Shown: positions 17,881 through 25,098 of the stretch, piece after piece | Layout: every line of letters begins with the position of its first letter | Numbering within the stretch: the first letter of the stretch is position 1 | Source: a virus | Taxonomy: Duplodnaviria; Caudoviricetes | IMG/VR virus record: IMGVR_UViG_3300038674_000629 | Location: 1 to 25,147 of that record | Direction: 5' to 3' (one strand) | DNA length: 25,147 nt | The notes under the pieces: model-generated | What the model saw: the letters and a program-made list of their open reading frames with translations, nothing else | What the model was told of the DNA's origin: nothing | Databases searched by the model: none | Made by a program: the position numbers and the translations under genes

Positions 17881-18434
17881 ACTTCGTGAGTTCCTTCTAT
17901 TCCTCTTACTTCTCTTTTTAAAGTTCTAGAACGTAGCCACATAACTGCCTCTCTTAAACGTTCAAGAGCCTTTTCATTTTCATCGCATTTAAATTTACCC
18001 TCTTGAAATTTTTCAAGTCTAGTTATAATCATAAGCAATAAATCTTCATTCATTACTCCATTGACACCACACTCTTTAATAGGGCCTTGCTGAAAATGAA
18101 TTTCAGATAAAAGTTCATTGTCCGATACTCTTCTAACCTCAAAATCATGAAGAGCAGATACATCTGTTTCTGATTTATTTCCCCCATACACATTTGTGTA
18201 TTTATTAGTAAACAAATAATTATTTATTTTTTCCATAGTTCCTCTTTGTTTTTCGTCTTCCCAAACTATTCCTAGTTTTTCAATATTTTTTTCGAAATAA
18301 GTTAAAAGCATAATATTGCCTTTTTTATTTCTATCTTTATTAAAAGAAGTTATTTCCATATCTGGATTTAATTCGTTTAATACTTCAATTAAATCTTTAA
18401 CTGTCTTAAACATAGTTGTATTTTTATCCCTCAT
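17877..18434 (-). CDS. tad1: Tad1-like cyclic-nucleotide sponge domain (17877-18236) with an extra 66-aa N-terminal domain
   Basis: The C-terminal 119 aa (H-D-F..IHFQQGPIKE..NGVMNEDLL..RLEKFQEGKF..ENEKAL..EAVMWL..R..R..R.IEGT) follow the Tad1 pattern as I recall it (FQKG..GV.D.DLL..RL..FQ.G.F..EN..AL..EALMW...R...R..R.VLGT). Confidence 0.78.
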   Translation of the reverse strand: MRDKNTTMFKTVKDLIEVLNELNPDMEITSFNKDRNKKGNIMLLTYFEKNIEKLGIVWEDEKQRGTMEKINNYLFTNKYTNVYGGNKSETDVSALHDFEVRRVSDNELLSEIHFQQGPIKECGVNGVMNEDLLLMIITRLEKFQEGKFKCDENEKALERLREAVMWLRSRTLKREVRGIEGTHEV

Positions 18435-18448
18435 TTTACTCTCTAATT

Positions 18449-18456
18449 TATATAAG
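18449..18456 (-). promoter_or_regulatory. CTTATATA motif upstream of the Tad1-like/dUTPase genes
   Basis: Exact copy in a 24-nt intergenic gap, 14 nt before the ATG at 18434. Confidence 0.5.
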
Positions 18457-18458
18457 AA

Positions 18459-19010
18459 TTATTCGTATTCTTTCAATAGAAGATAAACTTCATCAAAATC
18501 AGGCAAAAACATTTCTATCATCTCCACAGTATCTTCGTGCAGTAGCATATCTCCTTTATTGCTATTATACCAATCAGATGGTAAATTTTTAAAATTCAAA
18601 CTCATAGCAGTCCAATCGCAAAGCATTTCAAGAATATCTACAACGGGCATATACAATGCTTTTGATTGCCTGTCCCTTTTAAACATCACATAATACTGCC
18701 AATGATGCGAATTCTTCTTTTGATGTTCATTCCAAGCCCTTTCAAATAAATCATGATTTTTTTCATTTTCATTATCTGGGAAAAACCATTGTCTATACCC
18801 TATGAATTCATTCCCAATATATTTTGAACTGTCATGATTTTTTATAGCCTTATCAACCATAGAAACTAATGTGTCTTCTTTACCTTCTGGGTAATTTAGT
18901 TCTTTCATCTTTTTCCATACATTTTGAACGTTTTGAATATGTTTATTAACATATTTCATGTACTCTTTTTCTTTTGGGTTCAAACTCTCTACAATTTCCC
19001 TGTAATCCAT
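18459..19010 (-). CDS. HD-superfamily-like metal-dependent hydrolase (DUF5662-like)
   Basis: Conserved H (NKHIQNV), HD (KNHDSSK), H..N.HH (EHQKKNSHHWQY) and EM.CDW motifs. AGGAG SD. Confidence 0.7.
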   Translation of the reverse strand: MDYREIVESLNPKEKEYMKYVNKHIQNVQNVWKKMKELNYPEGKEDTLVSMVDKAIKNHDSSKYIGNEFIGYRQWFFPDNENEKNHDLFERAWNEHQKKNSHHWQYYVMFKRDRQSKALYMPVVDILEMLCDWTAMSLNFKNLPSDWYNSNKGDMLLHEDTVEMIEMFLPDFDEVYLLLKEYE

Positions 19011-19019
19011 CTTATCTCC

Positions 19020-20369
19020 TTATACTTTTTCTACTATTTTCATTAATTCATAATTTATTTCTAAACTAACAGAAAAACCACTTTCTCCGTTTCTATTTTT
19101 ATCTATAAATATACCTATTTCATTTTTTTTCTTTTGATTAATTGTTTGATTTAGAGTCACAAAAAAATCTACTGTATCATAAATACCTCTTGATTCAGAC
19201 ATTTCTTTTGAAGTTGTTATCGCTTTTGAACCACCACCTTCTGCTTGCCCATCTCTTCCTATTTGAGATGCTGTCCAAATTGGTATTTTTAAATACTTTG
19301 CTAAATTTCTAACTTCTTCTGAAACTGTTTTATATTTCAAATAAGTATTTGAAGCATCTATTCCTTTTTTGTCGTTAGTTGTCATAATAAGAAGATAATC
19401 AAGAATTATTAAATCTGGAACAAACCCTTTAAATCTTTGTAAATCCAGCAAGAACGCCATTAAATCATTGGTGCTAATAACTTTTGCTGGATATTCTTTA
19501 ATTATCAAATCACCTTCTTGCGACATAATATCTCTTTCATGGATTTTTCGTAATTCTTCATCCGTGTCTGTGGAAATATTAGTTGTAATACTTTTAGTAG
19601 ACGCCTCTAAAAGATTTGACAAGAAACGAGAAGTCAAGCGCATATCAGAAGTTTCAAAAGAAACAACCAGCACCCTTTTTTTATTTAAAAAAGAGTTTAT
19701 CGCTAAATTTCCTAAAAACAACGTTTTACCTAAACCTGGAATTGCTGCAACACAACCAAGTTCACCACCTCTTAAACCACCATCAAGAATTTTAGGAGAA
19801 TCTAAAAAACTATAACCAGTAGCAACAACATTCTCGTTTGAGTTTGTATCTTTTATTAATTTTCTAATCTGATTCCAGTCTTTAATATCAACGCCTAAAT
19901 TAGTGTCAAAATTAATTTGAGTAGCCTTGGAAAGTCTTTCAATAGCAGATTCATAATTCTGACTTTGAATATCCTTCATAGAATTTGTAAAGGCTTCCGA
20001 AAATTTAACTTGTTTTATAAAAGTTGCTACTTCTTCTTCTATCAATTCAAAATCAACAATCTCAGTGCTTTTATAAACATCTCTCGCTAAATCAAATAAA
20101 TCTTTTTTCTTTTCTTCGTCGTCTTTAAAAATTCCATTAATAACAAATTCTATATCCGCTAATGACGGAAGTTTACTAATCTTATTCCTTATCATGCAAA
20201 TAAGATTAAATAATATTTGGTAGTTTAATTCTTCGAAGTATTTTTTAGGATTTTTTAAACTGTTTTTATTGCCACCAAAAGTAGACAAATATTGTTCTAT
20301 TTTTAGCAAGAATGTTTCGTTTCTTGAAGCATGTAATAATATATAAAATTCTAGTAAATTTTTATCCAT
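19020..20369 (-). CDS. Replicative SF4 helicase, T4 gp41/DnaB-like
   Basis: GGLRGGEL, Walker A AIPGLGKT, SFE, Walker B IILDYL, PIWTASQ, KNRNG. Confidence 0.93.
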   Translation of the reverse strand: MDKNLLEFYILLHASRNETFLLKIEQYLSTFGGNKNSLKNPKKYFEELNYQILFNLICMIRNKISKLPSLADIEFVINGIFKDDEEKKKDLFDLARDVYKSTEIVDFELIEEEVATFIKQVKFSEAFTNSMKDIQSQNYESAIERLSKATQINFDTNLGVDIKDWNQIRKLIKDTNSNENVVATGYSFLDSPKILDGGLRGGELGCVAAIPGLGKTLFLGNLAINSFLNKKRVLVVSFETSDMRLTSRFLSNLLEASTKSITTNISTDTDEELRKIHERDIMSQEGDLIIKEYPAKVISTNDLMAFLLDLQRFKGFVPDLIILDYLLIMTTNDKKGIDASNTYLKYKTVSEEVRNLAKYLKIPIWTASQIGRDGQAEGGGSKAITTSKEMSESRGIYDTVDFFVTLNQTINQKKKNEIGIFIDKNRNGESGFSVSLEINYELMKIVEKV

Positions 20370-20377
20370 ATATTCCT

Positions 20378-20406
20378 ATTATATAATTTTTATATTTTTT
20401 TGTCAA
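20378..20406 (-). promoter_or_regulatory. Perfect sigma70/sigmaA consensus promoter for the helicase
   Basis: TTGACA (20406-20401), 17-nt spacer, TATAAT (20383-20378). Confidence 0.85.
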
Positions 20407-20436
20407 AAAAAATAGCGAGTATTGAATACTCGCTAT
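20405..20436 (-). terminator. Intrinsic terminator overlapping the zincin stop codon and the -35 box
   Basis: 12-bp inverted repeat ATAGCGAGTATT (20412-20423) / AATACTCGCTAT (20425-20436) followed by a T-run on the minus strand. Confidence 0.85.
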
Positions 20437-20996
20437 CTCAATCTCTCTTGCCAAAACTTTGAGTCTATTTGGAAAATTTTGCTTCTCCTCAATAACTCTG
20501 CGAGTTCTTTATTACTTCCCTCATTCATATGTTCCCATCTTATTTTTTCATTCATAAGATAAGGCAAGACTTCATTTTTATTAACAAATTTATTTTTTAT
20601 GTCTTTTCTTCCTAACACTATCTCCGATACCTGAGAGTTTGGAAGTTTATTTCTATTTAGAAAATCCCATACTTGAACAGATAGATTTTTAATTTCCCTA
20701 TTTTTTTTAAATTGCAGAACATGTATAAATTCATGTAAAAGAATCGATATTTGTTCTGTTTTACTAAGAGAATAAAAAACAGGTTTATTTACAAAAATAG
20801 TTTCAAAGGAATTGGTGTAAGCAGCCAAATTTTTATTGCTATTAACTACCTCTTTTATTTCTAAATTAGGTATAGATTTGTTTATTTTGTTTAAAAATCC
20901 TTGGGAAAAAACCTGAGAGGCATAACTTTTAAAAAATGCCATTAAATCTGGACTCTTCCCCATCTTCTGCTCTATTAAATAATTTTCTAAATCCAT
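20433..20996 (-). CDS. Zincin-like metallopeptidase
   Basis: HExxH motif (LLHEFIHVLQ) preceded by AAYT..IFVN strands, with a candidate downstream Glu in NEVLPY. Confidence 0.7.
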   Translation of the reverse strand: MDLENYLIEQKMGKSPDLMAFFKSYASQVFSQGFLNKINKSIPNLEIKEVVNSNKNLAAYTNSFETIFVNKPVFYSLSKTEQISILLHEFIHVLQFKKNREIKNLSVQVWDFLNRNKLPNSQVSEIVLGRKDIKNKFVNKNEVLPYLMNEKIRWEHMNEGSNKELAELLRRSKIFQIDSKFWQERLR

Positions 20997-20997
20997 T

Positions 20998-21489
20998 TTA
21001 ATCCTTTATATTAAAGAAAATACTATCTTCTAATTTTAAAAAATCTTCAAACCAATAACAATACCATCCACAGTGTTCGAAAACATATCCATCAAACTTA
21101 TCTTTCACAAAACAAATTCTTTTTCTATTATTAAATTTTGCTATTACCATAGGTTTCCTGTTTGTAAAATTAGCATCGCCTTCTGCTTGTTTTAACCAAG
21201 AGTGTAAATCAGAAGAATCATTAAATAAATCCCAAAAAGATATTTCTTTATATGCTTTGTGTTCTAATGAATATTTAAAATTAGATGGAACTATGATATC
21301 ACCAGAAAGAGCAGTAGTTATTGTTTCTTCCACTCCTTCTGCATATTTCCTGTTCATACCACCGAACATAGCTCCCGAAGACACATTTCTCTTAAATTTA
21401 TGAGGAGTAAATCTTTCAGAAAGTATTTTTGCCAATTCATTTTCAGCTCTATTCCCTTTGTCTTTACTATTTATCTTTTTTTTAGCCAT
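20998..21489 (-). CDS. Holliday junction resolvase, Hjc-like PD-(D/E)xK nuclease
   Basis: SKDKGNRAENELAKIL, SSGA, GDII, SLEHK, W..QA..DA...KPM pattern. Confidence 0.82.
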   Translation of the reverse strand: MAKKKINSKDKGNRAENELAKILSERFTPHKFKRNVSSGAMFGGMNRKYAEGVEETITTALSGDIIVPSNFKYSLEHKAYKEISFWDLFNDSSDLHSWLKQAEGDANFTNRKPMVIAKFNNRKRICFVKDKFDGYVFEHCGWYCYWFEDFLKLEDSIFFNIKD

Positions 21490-22067
21490 TAAGACTCTTC
21501 GCTCTCTTTTATTAAAGAAGGTTTATTAACAATATTAGTCATGTCAATTCCCTCTGTATTTACAGTTTTACCAAATAAATGCCCTGTCTCATGCTGAAAT
21601 ACCCAAGACCTATCTCCAGATAATTGCCTGGAAAATTTTTTAAGTTTACCAGTTTTACCATCTATATTATAGAATACAGCAGTGATTTTTTTATACCTTT
21701 TAACTTTAAAGTATCTTCCTGGATAAGATAAGCATCTTTCTAAAAGGTCAACTGTCTTATTCTTATTGTCTGGGAAAAAAGTTGGATTAATAGCAAGTTG
21801 CCATTTATCAGTTCCATCTAACCAAACAAAGAATTTTTTATTAACTCCAATTTGTGGAGCAGCAAGTCCTATGCCACTTTTCTCATGACAAAATTTAACC
21901 ATTTCCCCTGCAATTTCAAAAATTTCCGCAATTTCTTCCTCTTTTACATCATCGCAAAAAATGCCTTCTATTTCCTCAGAAGGAACTAATCTCATTTTTT
22001 TAACAGCACCTTCGTCTGCCACAGTGTTGTAAACAGAATCTTCTGAAATTGCTTTTAATTCTTCCAT
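21489..22067 (-). CDS. def: Peptide deformylase
   Basis: Motif 1 GIGLAAPQIG, motif 2 ERCLSYP, motif 3 QHETGHLFG. Confidence 0.9.
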   Translation of the reverse strand: MEELKAISEDSVYNTVADEGAVKKMRLVPSEEIEGIFCDDVKEEEIAEIFEIAGEMVKFCHEKSGIGLAAPQIGVNKKFFVWLDGTDKWQLAINPTFFPDNKNKTVDLLERCLSYPGRYFKVKRYKKITAVFYNIDGKTGKLKKFSRQLSGDRSWVFQHETGHLFGKTVNTEGIDMTNIVNKPSLIKESEES

Positions 22068-22086
22068 ATTATCTCCCTAAGTAAAA

Positions 22087-22094
22087 TATATAAG
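22087..22094 (-). promoter_or_regulatory. CTTATATA motif upstream of the deformylase gene
   Basis: Exact copy in a 29-nt intergenic gap, 19 nt before the ATG at 22067. Confidence 0.5.
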
Positions 22095-22096
22095 AG

Positions 22097-23965
22097 TTAT
22101 TTGATTAATTTCCAAAACTCTTCTTCACTAATTATTGGAATGTTTAATTCTTTTGCTTTAATGTTCTTAGAACTACCGCTTGTTGTATCATTTGTTAATA
22201 AATAATTAACATTAGAAGTAATAGAACTAGCAACTTTGCCGCCGGCATCAATAACAATACGTTCTATTTCTTGTCTAGGAATAGATAATTTTCCAGTTAT
22301 ACAAAAAGTTTTTCCAGATAAAGAACTATTTTCTTCTGATACTTTTTTGGAACCTTCTAGTAAAACAATTCTATTCGTGTTTAATACAGCGTCCATAGTG
22401 TCTTGAAGTTCAACCATATATTCTATAAATATTTTTGCTCTTTCAGGACCTATACCATCTATTTCAATTAGACTATTATAATTAACTTTACGCAACTTTT
22501 CTAGTGTATCATAACCAGCATCAACCATGAGTTTAACCACTTTAGAACCTATGGTTGGGATATCAAATCCAGAAACAAAATCTTCAAGTTTAATTTTATT
22601 TCTAGCCCAAAGTTCAGCAAAAGCCTTTTGAATTACCTTCTTTTTATTTGTAGCAGATAAAGCAAGTTTAAGTTCATTTTCACAATATAACTGATGAATA
22701 TGATTTATTCCAACAGTATAATATAAGTAATCTATGATTGCCGGTCCAAATCCCATAGCCCCTGTCATTTCTAACCATTTAGAAAGTCTATGTTCAAGAA
22801 TAGTTGGACATTCTTTATTGGCACAATAAATCCTTGAATCAGTAGCAACTAATCCCTCTCCACAAAAAGCACACACTTCTGGCGGTTCAATTTCTTTGGC
22901 ATTATCACCTTCATTAAATACTTCCATAATCTTAGGAATTATTTCGCCTCTTTTTTCAATAACAACTTCGGAAGGAATTTTCAAATCAAGTCTTTTTATT
23001 TCTCCCATATTTGCCAAAGATGCCCTAGAAACCATTGTTCCAGACACTTCCACTGGTTTAAGTATTGCTACCGGAGTATAATTATTACCATTCCTGCTCC
23101 AGTCAACTCCTATAATAGTAGTTATAACTTGCTCTGATTGCCACTTAAATGCTCTTTGATGATTTGGGCGTGCTCTATCTTCAATAACATCTGGAATGAT
23201 ATTTTGCTTCAAAACAACACCGTCTATTTCATAAGGCAGATTTTCTTTCGCCTTTTCCCACCAATCTATTAATCCCATAATTTCTTCAATTTTTGAAGAA
23301 TTAACCAAATTATAAGGAGGAGTATCAAAACCAAATTCAATAAGAGCATTAATTTTTTGTTCTTCTGTTTTTAACTCAGGAAGATTTATGTCATAACAAA
23401 GAACATTTATTTTATCAATATTATCTGTTGTATTCCTTTGATATGCTATGCCCGAAGCCATGTTTCTAAGATTGTATACTCCTTCTGGCATATTCATTTC
23501 TTTAAACTTGCTCTCAAAAAGAACAATTTCTCCTCTAGCAGAAAATCTTCTTTTCTCAGAAACTTCCGGAACATTAATTATATTTTTAGTTAAATCACTT
23601 CCTATTTTACCATCACCTCTTGAAAGTGCCTTAATCATCTTACCATTTTCATATATTAATTCTACAGATATACCATCCAGTTTTGCTTGTATCAATATAT
23701 CCCCATGTATATTTTTAAGTCGTATCCAATCTTCTAATTCTTTTCTGGTTCTTATCTTAGATTGAGAACCCATACTAATTTCATGTGGATATTTATCGGC
23801 ATCTATTTCATCTTTCCCAACTTGTTCTAAAAGAAAACTATCTGGATAATTACTTTTTAAAGTATCCCATAAAATATCAAATTCTTCATCTGAAACTTCC
23901 GGAGTTCCATTGTAATATGATTTTTGAAGCCTTACTATCTCTTTTTCTAATTCTATCTTTGTCAT
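22097..23965 (-). CDS. ligA: NAD+-dependent DNA ligase
   Basis: YY..P.VSDEEFD Ia domain, KLDG adenylation motif, SRGDG..G, RGE, IDGVVLK, C4 zinc finger (CAFC..C..C), HhH repeats, C-terminal BRCT (GKTFCITG). Confidence 0.96.
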   Translation of the reverse strand: MTKIELEKEIVRLQKSYYNGTPEVSDEEFDILWDTLKSNYPDSFLLEQVGKDEIDADKYPHEISMGSQSKIRTRKELEDWIRLKNIHGDILIQAKLDGISVELIYENGKMIKALSRGDGKIGSDLTKNIINVPEVSEKRRFSARGEIVLFESKFKEMNMPEGVYNLRNMASGIAYQRNTTDNIDKINVLCYDINLPELKTEEQKINALIEFGFDTPPYNLVNSSKIEEIMGLIDWWEKAKENLPYEIDGVVLKQNIIPDVIEDRARPNHQRAFKWQSEQVITTIIGVDWSRNGNNYTPVAILKPVEVSGTMVSRASLANMGEIKRLDLKIPSEVVIEKRGEIIPKIMEVFNEGDNAKEIEPPEVCAFCGEGLVATDSRIYCANKECPTILEHRLSKWLEMTGAMGFGPAIIDYLYYTVGINHIHQLYCENELKLALSATNKKKVIQKAFAELWARNKIKLEDFVSGFDIPTIGSKVVKLMVDAGYDTLEKLRKVNYNSLIEIDGIGPERAKIFIEYMVELQDTMDAVLNTNRIVLLEGSKKVSEENSSLSGKTFCITGKLSIPRQEIERIVIDAGGKVASSITSNVNYLLTNDTTSGSSKNIKAKELNIPIISEEEFWKLIK

Positions 23966-23973
23966 TTTATCCT

Positions 23974-24984
23974 CTAATACTTTAAAGAAGCAATCTCCAT
24001 TAGAATTTCCATTTCATTAAATACTTCACATTCATGCAAATGAATAATTCCATTTCCTGTTTCTTTTTTATAATCATTAAAATCTTTATATCCTTCTGGA
24101 ATATTATATATAAAGAAATTAAAATTTTGTTTATATCGCTTATGCTCTAACAATTTATTTTTTGTCTTTATCAAATTTCCTAGTATAGTAGCCCTTGTTT
24201 TAGTTTTTTTATCTTTGTCTGGAACTAATATTATATTTCTAGGGTTTTTTTGAACTATTTTTTTAGCCTGTTCATCTTTTATAAAAGATGACAGCATAGC
24301 AGTTCCAACTTGTGGAAAATCTAAAGATAAAGCATCAAATACTCCTTCAAATATAAATACATCTTCTCTCAGGTTATCTATATTAAAAACATAATCGCCA
24401 GCGTTTATTTCTATTGGATTTTTATACCTCATCGGGTCGTCTGCGATAATACTTCTTGCTATAAAATATACAAGTTCTCCATTTTCATAAAAAGGAACAA
24501 ATATTCTCTTATAATATTCGGATTTTATATCAGAAAAATATCCTAACCCACTTAAACTTATTTTTCTATCTTCTAGATATCTTTTTGCTTGAAGTCCTAC
24601 AAAACCCAATTCATCAGAGTCAAAAAATTTAACTCCCTTTGGCATTTCCAATACTTGAGTCGTAGACTTTTTTTTCTCTTCAACTTTTTCATCCTGCTCC
24701 GGCTGAATATAATTATCGTCAGAATACTCTTGCAATAAAACTTTTATTGCTTCTCCTACCGGTATTTCTAAATACTCAGCGACAAAATATTCAAAATTAT
24801 TTCCTCCCCTCTGGGCTTTTTGATCAAACCATTTACCAGTATCGGTAGAGACATATAATCTCTTTTTTTTGTCCGTATCAAAAGGAGTGTTAAAATGCAA
24901 TTCTTCCTTACTACCAGAAACATATTCAGCCTCTGGGAAATTCCCAAAGACAAAATTTTCAACAGTAAGTCTATTAAATTTCAT
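23974..24984 (-). CDS. DNA primase, DnaG/T4 gp61-like TOPRIM (start corrected from TTG 25032 to ATG 24984)
   Basis: YL..R, RIFVPF, YFIAR, RYKNP, IFEGVFDALS, VPDKD and KDFND motifs. The TTG at 25032 is only 1 nt from the SD. Confidence 0.88.
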   Translation of the reverse strand: MKFNRLTVENFVFGNFPEAEYVSGSKEELHFNTPFDTDKKKRLYVSTDTGKWFDQKAQRGGNNFEYFVAEYLEIPVGEAIKVLLQEYSDDNYIQPEQDEKVEEKKKSTTQVLEMPKGVKFFDSDELGFVGLQAKRYLEDRKISLSGLGYFSDIKSEYYKRIFVPFYENGELVYFIARSIIADDPMRYKNPIEINAGDYVFNIDNLREDVFIFEGVFDALSLDFPQVGTAMLSSFIKDEQAKKIVQKNPRNIILVPDKDKKTKTRATILGNLIKTKNKLLEHKRYKQNFNFFIYNIPEGYKDFNDYKKETGNGIIHLHECEVFNEMEILMEIASLKY

Positions 24985-24990
24985 AATATT

Positions 24991-25033
24991 GTTGCGTGAA
25001 ACCCAACCCCTCGTGGGTTGGGAGGTAAGCAAC
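24991..25033. repeat. 43-nt GC-rich nested palindrome resembling an IS200/IS605-family end
   Basis: Outer inverted repeat GTTGC (24991-24995) / GCAAC (25029-25033). Inner inverted repeat CCCAACCC (25002-25009) / GGGTTGGG (25015-25022) with a 5-nt loop. The GAAACCC...GGGAGG layout recalls tnpB-element ends (recalled, not searched). Confidence 0.7.
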
Positions 25034-25056
25034 CCTCCTTGTATTTTTAATTTTTA

Positions 25057-25085
25057 ATTATACACTATTTTTTACATAGTGTAAA
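25057..25085 (-). promoter_or_regulatory. Sigma70-type promoter for the primase-ligase operon, overlapped by an 8-bp inverted repeat
   Basis: TTTACA (25085-25080), 17-nt spacer, TATAAT (25062-25057). Inverted repeat TACACTAT (25061-25068) / ATAGTGTA (25076-25083). Confidence 0.72.
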
Positions 25086-25098
25086 GATAAGCATAGAT

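Noticed and set aside
19468-25057. Short ORFs at 19468, 22896, 23448, 23785, 24768 and 24869
   Set aside because: They are nested in or antisense to the helicase, ligase and primase genes, with no independent support.
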